The notes beneath the pieces were generated by a model, which was not told the origin of the DNA, did no database searches, and worked only from the letters and a program-made list of their open reading frames with translations. A program made the translations under genes and the position numbers. A DNA stretch of 64,000 nucleotides from Candidatus Multivoradales bacterium (GTDB taxonomy: Bacteria; Acidobacteriota; Thermoanaerobaculia; Multivoradales; J023), in the NCBI GenBank assembly GCA_965248925.1, contig CBDFLE010000006.1:4416001-4480000 (forward strand). Direction: 5' to 3'. Every line of letters begins with the position of its first letter. Position 1 is the stretch's first letter. Of the stretch, positions 17,488 to 26,610 are shown one piece after another.

Positions 17488-18360
17488 ATGATCCTACCGT
17501 TCTTCACCGTCAAACAGCAGACCGCCGCCGTGGTGGAGAGGCTGGGAAAATTCGACCGCGTTGCCTCTTCCGGCCTCAACTTCAAGTCGCCGATGGTCGA
17601 GCGGGTCGCTGGATTCGTTAATCTGCGAGTGCAGCAACTCGATGTCGAGGTCGAGACCAAGACCGCCGACGACGTCTTTGTCCGCGTCATGGTGGCGGTG
17701 CAGTTTTACATTCTCGAAGAAAAGATCTACGAGGCCTTTTACAAACTCGACAAGCCAGAGCAGCAGATCACGTCCTTTGTTTTTGACGTAGTGCGGGCGC
17801 GGGTGCCGAGGATTCGCCTCGATGACGTGTTTGAGAAGAAAGACGAAATCGCCGACGCGGTACGCGAAGAACTGTCGCAGGTGATGAACGATTTCGGCTA
17901 CGGCATCGTCAAAGCACTAGTCACCGACATCGATCCCGATATCAAGGTCAAAGAGGCGATGAACGAGATCAACGCTGCCCAACGCATGCGGGTGGCGGCC
18001 ACCGAGAAGGGGGAGGCCGAAAAGATTCTCAGGGTCAAGTCGGCCGAGGCCGAGGCCGAAGCTAAAGCCCTGTCCGGCAAGGGTATCGCCGACCAGCGCC
18101 GGGCGATCATCGATGGCTTGCGCGAATCGGTCGACGAATTCCAGAAGTCCATCCCTGGCGCCTCGTCCCAGGACGTGATGAACGTGGTTCTGATGACGCA
18201 ATATTTCGACATGCTCAAAGAGCTATCCTCAGGTGCCAACAACAACACCATCCTGGTGCCCCACTCTCCCGGTGCGGTCACCGACCTCAGCGAGCAGATC
18301 CGCAACTCGATGCTGATCTCGCAGCAGCCAGGGGCGCAGCGGGCGGTGGTAGGATCCTAG
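17488..18360 (+). CDS. SPFH (band 7) domain protein
   Basis: VVERLGKF, VETKTADDVFV, FDVVRARVP, AMNEINAAQR, TQYFD; AAGGAG RBS before ATG at 17488. Confidence 0.92.
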   Translation: MILPFFTVKQQTAAVVERLGKFDRVASSGLNFKSPMVERVAGFVNLRVQQLDVEVETKTADDVFVRVMVAVQFYILEEKIYEAFYKLDKPEQQITSFVFDVVRARVPRIRLDDVFEKKDEIADAVREELSQVMNDFGYGIVKALVTDIDPDIKVKEAMNEINAAQRMRVAATEKGEAEKILRVKSAEAEAEAKALSGKGIADQRRAIIDGLRESVDEFQKSIPGASSQDVMNVVLMTQYFDMLKELSSGANNNTILVPHSPGAVTDLSEQIRNSMLISQQPGAQRAVVGS

Positions 18361-18471
18361 GGGGAGGATCGAGACAGCCGGGTGGGCCTTGAATGGCCAG
18401 TAGCTCAACATCAGATGCCTCTATCTCGTACAGTCAGATAGTGCTGAGAGTATTCAAATGAAATTGTGGTG

Positions 18472-19683
18472 ATGAGACTCGTCTTGAGCTGCTGTACCGC
18501 GCTGTCGAGTGCCCTTCTTCTCGCTTCTTGCGGTGGTTCGCCTGCCCTGAGTTCCGCCGACCGACCGGCGACCACTGAGCCGCGGGTGGAGCGGGGGGTG
18601 ATTCGCTCACGCCTGCTGTTGACCGGTGAGCTCAAAGCCGCCGAGAGCGTGTTGCTGAAGACCCCCGCCACTGAAAGCTGGCAGTTGCAGATTCGCTGGT
18701 TGGCGGAAGACGGCGTGCCGGTGCGAGCCGGTGACAAGGTGGCCGAGTTCGACAGCTCCCAACTCGGCAGTCGGCTAGAGCGGCTGCGTGCTAGCCAGAT
18801 CGAGGCCAGCATTCAACTCTCCTCGTTGCGGGCGCGGTTGGCCGCCGACTTGGACGCGGCCGAGTTCGCAGTTGAAAATCAGCGCGGGACGCTGGAGAAG
18901 GCCAGATTGAATGCTGAGATCCCGCAGGGCTTGGAGTCGGAGATCGACTTTCAGCGTAAGCAGAGCGACTACCAGCGAGCGCTGCTAGAGCTGGAGAAGC
19001 TCGCCAGCGCATTGGCCGCCAAAGACCAAGCCAGAGGCTCAGAAATAGCGGTTCAAGAGATTGCCCTCGACCAAGCAACGGCAGAGATGGAGCGTGTTGA
19101 CGAGGCCATCGGTCGCCTGACTTTGGTGGCGCCGCGGGATGGGCTGCTGATCTTGGGCCGCAACTCACGAGAGAATCGCATTTTTCAGACCAGCGACAAC
19201 ACCTGGCCGGGTCTCACCGTGGCCGAGATGCCGGACCTCGACACCATCCGCGTAGAGGCTCGGCTGTTGGATGTCGACGATGGACAGGTACGCTCCGACA
19301 TGCAAGCCGAGGTAGTGCTCGACGCCTATCCCGGCGAGGCGCTCAGCGGCCGGGTGGTGTATGTCGAACAGATTGCCCAACAGCTTGGCCGGCGATCCTT
19401 GCGCCGCTCGTTCCGGGTCTGGGTAGAACTGGATCAGATCGATGTCGAGCGTATGCGACCGGGGATGTCGGTCAAAGTGGTGATCGATGGCGAGCCTTCT
19501 GCGGAGGCTGACCTAGTGCCTCGGAGCAGTCTCGATTGGACTGCTGAAGGAGCACGGGTGCGGCTCGCTGATGGCAGCTGGCAGGCGGTCGAGCTGGGCG
19601 CCTGCGATTCCTGGCGCTGCATTGTCGAAGACGGACTAGCCTCCGGTCAGCGCCTGGCTCGAGCCATTGGAGAGACCCCATGA
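18472..19683 (+). CDS. Efflux periplasmic adaptor (MFP/HlyD family) 1, lipoprotein
   Basis: Lipobox LLASC; EDGVPVRAGD lipoyl half, coiled coil, LVAPRDG, MRPGMSV. Confidence 0.85.
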   Translation: MRLVLSCCTALSSALLLASCGGSPALSSADRPATTEPRVERGVIRSRLLLTGELKAAESVLLKTPATESWQLQIRWLAEDGVPVRAGDKVAEFDSSQLGSRLERLRASQIEASIQLSSLRARLAADLDAAEFAVENQRGTLEKARLNAEIPQGLESEIDFQRKQSDYQRALLELEKLASALAAKDQARGSEIAVQEIALDQATAEMERVDEAIGRLTLVAPRDGLLILGRNSRENRIFQTSDNTWPGLTVAEMPDLDTIRVEARLLDVDDGQVRSDMQAEVVLDAYPGEALSGRVVYVEQIAQQLGRRSLRRSFRVWVELDQIDVERMRPGMSVKVVIDGEPSAEADLVPRSSLDWTAEGARVRLADGSWQAVELGACDSWRCIVEDGLASGQRLARAIGETP

Positions 19684-20912
19684 GGCGACAGACTCGGCTA
19701 GTGCTTTGGTTGTTGCTGACTTTGTTGGTCGCTGCCGGGGCCTGGGCGCTGCTCGGTCAGTTGGCGGCCAAATCAGACGGCGTTTGGGCGCGGGTCGAGC
19801 GTCGCGATTTGGTGATCGAGGTCGCCGCCGAGGGCGAGTTGCAGGCGGTCGAGAGTGTCGATCTCGGGCCTCCGGGCACGGTCAATCTGTGGGGTGGCTT
19901 CAAGATCTCGTTCATGATTCCCGAGGGCACGGAAGTGCAGGCCGGTATGCCAGTGCTGCGTTTCGATGTCACCGACATGCAGCGCCAGTTGCAGGAGAAG
20001 ATCGCCGAGCGAGACTCGGCAGAGAAGGAGCTAGAGAAGAAAGGTGCCGATCTTGAAGTTCTGCGCCGTGATCTGCAACTATCCCTCGCCGAAGCCGAGG
20101 CCAAGGTACGACGCCAGGACTTGCTGGCTTCGGCGGCGGATACCGGGACCATGGCACTGCTCCAGCTCGAGCGAGCGCGGGTCGACCGTCGGTTGGCCGA
20201 ACGAGAATTGGAATTCGAGCGTCGTAAGTTGCAGCAACGAACCGCCCAGCAGCAGGCTGACCTCGGCGTGCTGCGCAAGCGTCGCGATCGCGCCGCGGTC
20301 GAAGTGCAAGAGATCGAACGCCAGATCGGGCGGATGACGGTCCAAGCGCCACGGGCCGGCACCGTGATCTACCGCACCGACTGGCGGGGTGACAAGCATA
20401 AGGTGGGCGACAACGTCTGGCGCGGCCTGGTGTTGCTACAGATTCCCAACCTGCAGCGGATGATCGCCGAAGGCCAAGTTTACGAGGCTGACGCTGGCCG
20501 ACTGCGTGCCGGGCAGCGAGCGCGGATTCGTCTCGATGCTTACCCCGACCGCGAGTATCTAGCCACCATCCAGCGCATTCACAGCACCGTGCAGGCCAAG
20601 TCATGGCGCAATCCTCGTAAAGTGATCCGCCTCGAGCTCGAACTCGACTCCACTGATACTGAGCGCATGCGGCCGGGCATGCGCTTTCGCGGCGATATCG
20701 AGGTCAGCCGGGTGAGCGATACCTTGTTGCTGCCGCTGGCGGCGATCGAGCCGCGTCCAGAGGGCGCTTTGGCCGAGGTCGCCACTTTGCTTGGCAGTGA
20801 GCAGCGGCAGCTCCAGCTCGGGCAGCGAAACAGCGAGCAGATCGAAGTGCTAGCCGGTCTGAGCGAGGGCGAGCGAGTGCGACTGCGCGGTGTTGTCGAG
20901 GGTGACTCTTGA
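19680..20912 (+). CDS. Efflux periplasmic adaptor (MFP/HlyD family) 2
   Basis: N-terminal TM; PEGTEVQAG, VQAPRAG, MRPGMRF; ATGA overlap with the previous gene. Confidence 0.87.
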   Translation: MRRQTRLVLWLLLTLLVAAGAWALLGQLAAKSDGVWARVERRDLVIEVAAEGELQAVESVDLGPPGTVNLWGGFKISFMIPEGTEVQAGMPVLRFDVTDMQRQLQEKIAERDSAEKELEKKGADLEVLRRDLQLSLAEAEAKVRRQDLLASAADTGTMALLQLERARVDRRLAERELEFERRKLQQRTAQQQADLGVLRKRRDRAAVEVQEIERQIGRMTVQAPRAGTVIYRTDWRGDKHKVGDNVWRGLVLLQIPNLQRMIAEGQVYEADAGRLRAGQRARIRLDAYPDREYLATIQRIHSTVQAKSWRNPRKVIRLELELDSTDTERMRPGMRFRGDIEVSRVSDTLLLPLAAIEPRPEGALAEVATLLGSEQRQLQLGQRNSEQIEVLAGLSEGERVRLRGVVEGDS

Positions 20913-22171
20913 GAGCACGGTCCCACGCCCTCGTTGCCATGGTGTTGCTGGTGGTGGGCTGGGCCGTCACTGGCTGCGGCCGTGGCGCACAAATTCCGAC
21001 CTACCGAGTCGAGCGCCAAGCCTTCAGTCAGCGGGTCACCGCCGAGGGGGTGCTGGCTGCTGAGCAGGTCACCACGGTCAATGTGCCAACCCAGGTCGAG
21101 CGCAGTGTGCGGCTGGCCTGGATCGCTGAGGACGGCGCGGTGGTCGAACAGGACCAGCTGGTGGCCCGCTTCGATTCGGGGGAGATGTTGCGCCAATTGG
21201 AGGTAGGTGAGGGCGAGCGTCTGACTTCGAATCACCGGAGCACCAAGGCTCGGGTCGACGGGGATATCAACGTCGCCGCTGCCGAGACCGCGTATCAGGT
21301 CGCCAGCATCGATCTAGCATTGGCCCAAGCTTTCGACAAGCAAGATGGGGAGATCTACTCACGGCAGGAAATGCTCGAAGACGTGATCGATGAAGAGCTT
21401 GCCGTCGAACGCCAGGGCCACGCGATCGCCAAGCGCCAGATGCAGGGTCGCCTAGCGCAAGCCGAGTTGGATCTGCTGGGCATTGATCGGCGTCAGGCGC
21501 AGAACAAGATCGACTCGGCGCAGCGGGGCCTCGAAGCGCTCGAAGTGCGTGCTCCTCACGCCGGTATTCTGACCTTGAAGCGCAATTGGCGAGGCGACCC
21601 GCCGCAGGTTGGCAGCGAGTTGTGGAAGGGGCAGGCGCTGGCCGAGATTCCCGATCTCGAAAGCATGAAAGCTGAAGTCTTCGTGCTCGAAGCCGACGCC
21701 GGTGGCCTGGAGGTGGGCAAAGTCGCCACGGTGGTGATCGAGGCCCATCCCGAACACTCCTTCGAGGCCGAGATCGGGCGTGTCGACAGCGTTGCCCAGC
21801 CCCGCCACCGGGGCTCGCCGGTACAGTACTTCGGGGTCGAGCTGAAGCTCTCCCAGACCGACTCGCGGATCATGAAACCCGGCCAGCGGGTGCGCGCCAC
21901 TCTGCGTCTGACCGAGCTCGAAGATGTTCTCGTGCTGCCGCGCCAAGCCGTATTCCTGGAAGATGGCAAGAGTTGGGCCTGGGTGCGCCATGGCGACCGG
22001 TTCGAAAAGCGAGAAGTCGAGATCGAGGCTTCGTCGATGGGCCTCCATGCCCTTGCTTCGGGTCTCGAAGAAGGTGAGGAAGTCGCCTTGCGGGCGCCGG
22101 CTGAAAGTGCCTATGAGGCTTCGCCGAGCACTCCCCAGGCGGTGTCGCTCGGGGTGGGAGGTGAGGGATGA
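20909..22171 (+). CDS. Efflux periplasmic adaptor (MFP/HlyD family) 3, lipoprotein
   Basis: Lipobox VTGC; EDGAVVEQDQ, VRAPHAG, MKPGQRV; TTGA overlap. Confidence 0.87.
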   Translation: MRARSHALVAMVLLVVGWAVTGCGRGAQIPTYRVERQAFSQRVTAEGVLAAEQVTTVNVPTQVERSVRLAWIAEDGAVVEQDQLVARFDSGEMLRQLEVGEGERLTSNHRSTKARVDGDINVAAAETAYQVASIDLALAQAFDKQDGEIYSRQEMLEDVIDEELAVERQGHAIAKRQMQGRLAQAELDLLGIDRRQAQNKIDSAQRGLEALEVRAPHAGILTLKRNWRGDPPQVGSELWKGQALAEIPDLESMKAEVFVLEADAGGLEVGKVATVVIEAHPEHSFEAEIGRVDSVAQPRHRGSPVQYFGVELKLSQTDSRIMKPGQRVRATLRLTELEDVLVLPRQAVFLEDGKSWAWVRHGDRFEKREVEIEASSMGLHALASGLEEGEEVALRAPAESAYEASPSTPQAVSLGVGGEG

Positions 22172-23403
22172 ACCTGCCCGAGGCGATCTACGATTCGTTG
22201 GCCAATCTGGCAGCCCACAAGCTGCGTTCCGGGCTGACCATGCTGGGCATCGTGTTCGGGGTCGGCGCGGTGATCGCCATGCTGTCGATCGGCGCCGGTG
22301 CTGAGCAGCAGGCCCTCGAGACCATCGGCCGGTTGGGGCTGAACAACGTTGTGCTGCGCGACAGCGATCTCGAAGGCGAGGAGCTGCGCGAGGCGCGCAC
22401 CAAATCACCCGGTCTGTCGCGCCGCGACTGTGAAGCCATCGCTGACGCGGTGCCGGCCGCCGAGCTAGTGGCGCCGAAAGTCAATCTGCGCCCCTACGTC
22501 GTGCTGGCCGCCGATGGCACCAGCGATGCCGAGGTCTATGGGGTGGGTGAGCGCCATGCCGAACTCACCCACCTGGAACTGTTGGAAGGGCGGTTCCTCG
22601 ACGCCTTGGATGTTCGTGACCATACCCAGGTGGCGGTGATAGGCGAGTCGGCGCGGCGCGATCTCTTCGGCCACCAGCCAGCCTTGGGCCAGCACCTCAA
22701 GGTCAATGATGTGTGGTTCGAAGTAGTGGGTGTACTGGCCGCGGCCGGTGGCGAGGTCGATGCCTTCCAAGGAGTTCAACTCGGCGCGACCTCGACCGCG
22801 ATTTATCTGCCGGTGTCGACCGCGCTGCGCAAATTCGACCGTGGCAACCTCAGAGCGGAGCTGGAAGAGATCATCATCCGTTTGCGCGACGGCGCCTCGG
22901 GCCGCGAGACGGCGAAAGTGGTCCACGGCTTGCTCGATCATTTGCACGCCGGGGTCGATGATTACGAGCTTGTAGTGCCCGAGGCGTTGCTGGCGGAGAG
23001 TCGCCGCACCCAGCGGATGTTCAATATCGTGATGGGTTGTATCGCCGGCATCTCTCTTTTGGTGGGTGGCATCGGCATCATGAACATCATGCTCGCCTCA
23101 GTCCTCGAACGCACTCGCGAGATCGGCTTGCGGCGGGCGGTGGGGGCGAAGAAGCGAGATATCTTGCAGCAGTTCATCGTCGAGAGCTTCACCCTCTCGG
23201 CCCTGGGCGGTATCGCCGGGGTGTTGATGGGGATAGTGATCGCTCGCATTGTCGCTGCTTCAGCCGGCTGGCCGACCTTGGTGCAGATCTGGTCGATCCT
23301 GCTCGCTACCGGGGTGGCGATGGGTGTCGGCCTGGCCTCCGGCCTCTACCCGGCCCTGCGCGCCGCCAATCTAGATCCGATCGAGTCACTGCGTTATGAA
23401 TAG
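22168..23403 (+). CDS. MacB/FtsX-type ABC transporter permease (no ATPase domain)
   Basis: LRSGLTMLGIVFGVGAVIAM, VGGIGIMNIMLASVLERTREIGLRRAVGA, PALRAANLDPIESLRYE. Confidence 0.93.
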   Translation: MNLPEAIYDSLANLAAHKLRSGLTMLGIVFGVGAVIAMLSIGAGAEQQALETIGRLGLNNVVLRDSDLEGEELREARTKSPGLSRRDCEAIADAVPAAELVAPKVNLRPYVVLAADGTSDAEVYGVGERHAELTHLELLEGRFLDALDVRDHTQVAVIGESARRDLFGHQPALGQHLKVNDVWFEVVGVLAAAGGEVDAFQGVQLGATSTAIYLPVSTALRKFDRGNLRAELEEIIIRLRDGASGRETAKVVHGLLDHLHAGVDDYELVVPEALLAESRRTQRMFNIVMGCIAGISLLVGGIGIMNIMLASVLERTREIGLRRAVGAKKRDILQQFIVESFTLSALGGIAGVLMGIVIARIVAASAGWPTLVQIWSILLATGVAMGVGLASGLYPALRAANLDPIESLRYE

Positions 23404-23423
23404 TCCGTTCCGAGGAGCCATGA

Positions 23424-23801
23424 ATGCCCGCCAATAAACGCCATGCTGCCATCAACCTGAGTGAGAAGTTCAAGCTGATCCACCAACAGTGGACACCCCG
23501 AGTGGTGGCGCAAGTCAACGACTACGCCTTCAAGCTAGCCAAGATCGAAGGCGAGTTCGTGTGGCATGCCCACGCCGACACCGACGAAGCTTTCCTGGTG
23601 GTCGCGGGTGAGTTGGTCATCGAGCTGCGTGATGGCTCCGTAAAGCTAGGCCCGGGCGAGCTTTACGTCGTGCCGCGGGGTGTCGAGCACAAGCCGGTGG
23701 CGGCCGAGGAGTGCCACATTCTGATGATCGAGCCCGCCGCGACTGTCAACACCGGCGACGCAGGCGGCGAGCGCACCCAGCCGACCGATCAGTGGATTTG
23801 A
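23424..23801 (+). CDS. Cupin domain protein
   Basis: [15 protein letters not shown]...[14 protein letters not shown]. Confidence 0.9.
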   Translation: MPANKRHAAINLSEKFKLIHQQWTPRVVAQVNDYAFKLAKIEGEFVWHAHADTDEAFLVVAGELVIELRDGSVKLGPGELYVVPRGVEHKPVAAEECHILMIEPAATVNTGDAGGERTQPTDQWI

Positions 23802-23819
23802 TGTTTCTCCCCGCGTGCG

Positions 23820-24215
23820 CTAGCGCAAATCGGGTGCTGAATCCCAGAATGCCAATTTGTAGAGTCCTCTGATCTGCTGATCTCGGGTTAGCAGCGGGGC
23901 ATTGTTCAGCTCTGCCTGGGCTACGATCGTCCGGTCGAAGGGATCACGGGTCCAGTTGACCGAAAGGGCGACTGTGGTGACCGCCGAGTACGGCGAGTCA
24001 CACAATTCCAGGCCGAGTCGCTGTTTCAACTCGGCGAATACGGCCTCCGCGCCTTCACGGAGCCGATCGATCTCGAAGAGGTATTGCAGCTCTAACAGCA
24101 CAATAGGAGAAATGCGTAGCGTGTGCTCTTCGAGCGCGTGCCGAGCAGCCTTGCTCAATAGGCTCAGTTGTCTGGAGTACAGCCAGACCAAGATGTGGGT
24201 GTCGAGATAGATCAA
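23820..24215 (-). CDS. vapC: PIN-domain VapC toxin
   Basis: IYLDTHILVW, ISPIVLLEL, RDPFDRTIVAQA, LLTRD. TTG start overlaps the antitoxin stop (TTGA). Confidence 0.9.
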   Translation of the reverse strand: MIYLDTHILVWLYSRQLSLLSKAARHALEEHTLRISPIVLLELQYLFEIDRLREGAEAVFAELKQRLGLELCDSPYSAVTTVALSVNWTRDPFDRTIVAQAELNNAPLLTRDQQIRGLYKLAFWDSAPDLR

Positions 24216-24436
24216 GAGTTCCACTCATGGGACCAGTCGAGGTGGACAAGGTCTTCGGGATCGCCACGGATGAAGTCTGGTCTGGCCACCAGGCGATCGA
24301 GCTTGCTTCTCCGCGGCTCAGCGACGACTTTGAGAATACGCCCCCGCCGTTCGATTTCAAGGGCCTCTCCCGTTTCGAGTACTCGATCGAGAAGGCGGTA
24401 GATATCTTGGCGCAGTCTGGTTGCGGTGATCGGCAT
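24212..24436 (-). CDS. Phd/YefM-family antitoxin
   Basis: ITATRLRQDIYRLLDRVLETGEALEIERRG; 74 aa, directly upstream of the PIN gene. Confidence 0.88.
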   Translation of the reverse strand: MPITATRLRQDIYRLLDRVLETGEALEIERRGRILKVVAEPRRSKLDRLVARPDFIRGDPEDLVHLDWSHEWNS

Positions 24437-24457
24437 GAGTGGTGACCTCCACGTTCT

Positions 24458-24499
24458 AGACTAACCTATGTACGCTCGTTGGTCAATAAACGCACGTAC
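24458..24499 (-). promoter_or_regulatory. TA operon promoter with palindromic operator
   Basis: Minus strand TTGACC-N17-TAGTCT; inverted repeat GTACGCTCGTT (24470) / AACGCACGTAC (24489) flanks the -35. Confidence 0.65.
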
Positions 24500-24519
24500 G
24501 AGACCGGTTGGCTGCCGAG

Positions 24520-25872
24520 TCAAGCCGGTTCCGCAGGCTTGGACCTGGCCGACTGCGTGGGATTGTTTCTCACCTCTGTTGCCGCTATTGGCCGCAGCTC
24601 GGGTGCGGTGACCTGACGAATGTCGGTCGGCGACGGAAGCGGCGGCTTGATTTCCTGGTCGGCGGTGGCATGCAGTGCCTTGAGATCGCGGGCCGCCGGC
24701 AGGACCCGGCGTTCCAAGGAACCGATCGCTTCGTTGTAGGCCGAGCTGGCTCGGCCCAGATGGGTGCCGATGCGCTCGAAGTGTTCGACGAATTTAGCCA
24801 GCCGGCGGTGCAGCTCTTTGCCGGTGAGTGAGATTTGATGGGCGTTCTCGGCGATGCTGTCCTGTTGCCAACCATAGGCGACGGACCGCAGCAGGGCGAC
24901 CAGCAGGGTCGGGGTGGCGATCAGCACATGGTTTTGCATCGCTTGGGCGTGCAGGTCGGGCTTGGTCTCGAGTGCCGCTACCAACGCCGATTCGAGGGGC
25001 ATGAACATCACCACCAGCTGTGGCGTGTGTTGCTCGGCAAATTGATCCCAATAGCGCTTCGAGGCTAGTGATTTGTAGTGCTGCTGCACCTGGGCGGCAT
25101 GGCGCTGGCGGGTATCTTGGAAGTCGGCGTCGGGCTCGAGACTGTCGAGGTAGGCGTCCAGAGCGACTTTCGAGTCGACCACGATAACCGCGCCGCCGGG
25201 CATTCTCACGGTCATGTCGGGGTGGTTGCGATTGCTAGGGTCGTCGGTGGGTGGTTGCAATTCGAAGTCGCAATGCTCGGTCATGCCGGCCAGTTCGACG
25301 ACGTTGCGCAGCTGTAGCTCACCCCAGCGGCCGCGCTGCTCGGGGCGGCGCAGGGCGGTGGTCAGGCGGCGGGTCTCGCGATGCAGAGACTGGTGTGAGC
25401 TGGCGATGCCCTTGATCTGCTCTTCGAGCCCGCGGTAGGCCACTTGGCGGCTACTTTCGAGTTCACCGAGAGCTTGGTTTTGGCGTTGCAAGAGCTCCTT
25501 CAGCGGTTTGACCAAGGCGTCGATCTCGACCCTCTTCTGTTCGGCGGTACCGGTGGCTTGGCCGAGCAGCTTGTCGAAGGTTTGACTGGCGAGTTCCATG
25601 AATTGGGCGTTGTTGGCCCGCAGTGCTCTGCCGCCGACAGCGGCGAAGGTGTCGCCGAGGCGGCTTTCGGCTTCGCTCAGCAGTGCCCGCTGCTCCTCGA
25701 GCTGCTCAAGCCGAAGGTGATGTTCCCTATCCAGTATCGCCAGCCGGGATTCCAGAGCGTGTTGCCGCCCGAGCGCCCACAGCGCCACGGCGAAGCCCGC
25801 CACCAGCGCGGAAGCAACGAGGACGAGCAGGGCTAGCCAAGGCTCTACGGACAGTTGGGAGGAGGCTTCCAT
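24520..25872 (-). CDS. rmuC: DNA recombination protein RmuC
   Basis: N-terminal TM and coiled coil; RGRWGELQL, HPDMTVRMP, VVDSKV, VMFMP.E, ATPTLLVALL. Confidence 0.93.
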   Translation of the reverse strand: MEASSQLSVEPWLALLVLVASALVAGFAVALWALGRQHALESRLAILDREHHLRLEQLEEQRALLSEAESRLGDTFAAVGGRALRANNAQFMELASQTFDKLLGQATGTAEQKRVEIDALVKPLKELLQRQNQALGELESSRQVAYRGLEEQIKGIASSHQSLHRETRRLTTALRRPEQRGRWGELQLRNVVELAGMTEHCDFELQPPTDDPSNRNHPDMTVRMPGGAVIVVDSKVALDAYLDSLEPDADFQDTRQRHAAQVQQHYKSLASKRYWDQFAEQHTPQLVVMFMPLESALVAALETKPDLHAQAMQNHVLIATPTLLVALLRSVAYGWQQDSIAENAHQISLTGKELHRRLAKFVEHFERIGTHLGRASSAYNEAIGSLERRVLPAARDLKALHATADQEIKPPLPSPTDIRQVTAPELRPIAATEVRNNPTQSARSKPAEPA

Positions 25873-25911
25873 CAGTCTGGATCATATCCAGATCCACCAG
25901 GTCGATTTCGC

Positions 25912-26610
25912 TTATGGTGCCCAGTAGACCTCTAGTCGGTCATCGGCGTAGGCCAGCAGCGCGGCGATCGGTAGCTCTTGCTGGCCGGCCAGGCCGGCGC
26001 GCTGGCCGCGCTTCAGCACGGCCAGCTTGCCCTCGCCGGTTATGTGCAGATAGATCCGTCGGCTCGCGAGCAGGGTCGCCAGAGTGAGGCTGAGGCGGCT
26101 GTGCTCGGCATCGGCCGGCCTGACGGCGGTCACCAAGCCGCTACCGTCGTCACCCAGGGTGGGTTGCAGGCCGCCGGCACCTGGAAAGAGGGAGGCAAAG
26201 TGCCCGTCATGACCCATGCCCAGGACGACTACGTCGAAGGGCCGAGGCAGACGAGCGATCTCTATCTCGCCAGCAGTTCGCCCCGCCTGGGCGCTGGCGG
26301 CGCTGTTCTTGAGCGGCACAAAAGTGGCTTGCCGAGCTTGGTTGCGGAGCAAATGGTGCCGCACCAGATGCTCGTTGGAGGCTTCCGTGGTGGGTTCGAC
26401 CCAGCGCTCATCAGCCAGTGTCACCAGTATCTTGTCCCAGCTGAGCAGCTGTCGGCTCAGCGCCTCGAACATCGGCTTGGGGGTCGATCCACCGCTGAGA
26501 ATCAAGGTGGCGGGCAGGGGGTCGCGCAGAGCCGCTCGTAGGTCTGCCGCGACCCTCAGGGCTAGGGCCAGTGCGAGTTCCTGCCGGTCGGGAAATTCCA
26601 GGGTCTTCAG
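25912..26610 (-). CDS. pgl: 6-phosphogluconolactonase (probable CTG start)
   Basis: LSGGSTP, LADERWV, LGMGHDGHFASLFP. Frame is open upstream to a CTG that overlaps the zwf stop and follows GGAGG. Confidence 0.9.
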   Translation of the reverse strand: MKTLEFPDRQELALALALRVAADLRAALRDPLPATLILSGGSTPKPMFEALSRQLLSWDKILVTLADERWVEPTTEASNEHLVRHHLLRNQARQATFVPLKNSAASAQAGRTAGEIEIARLPRPFDVVVLGMGHDGHFASLFPGAGGLQPTLGDDGSGLVTAVRPADAEHSRLSLTLATLLASRRIYLHITGEGKLAVLKRGQRAGLAGQQELPIAALLAYADDRLEVYWAP

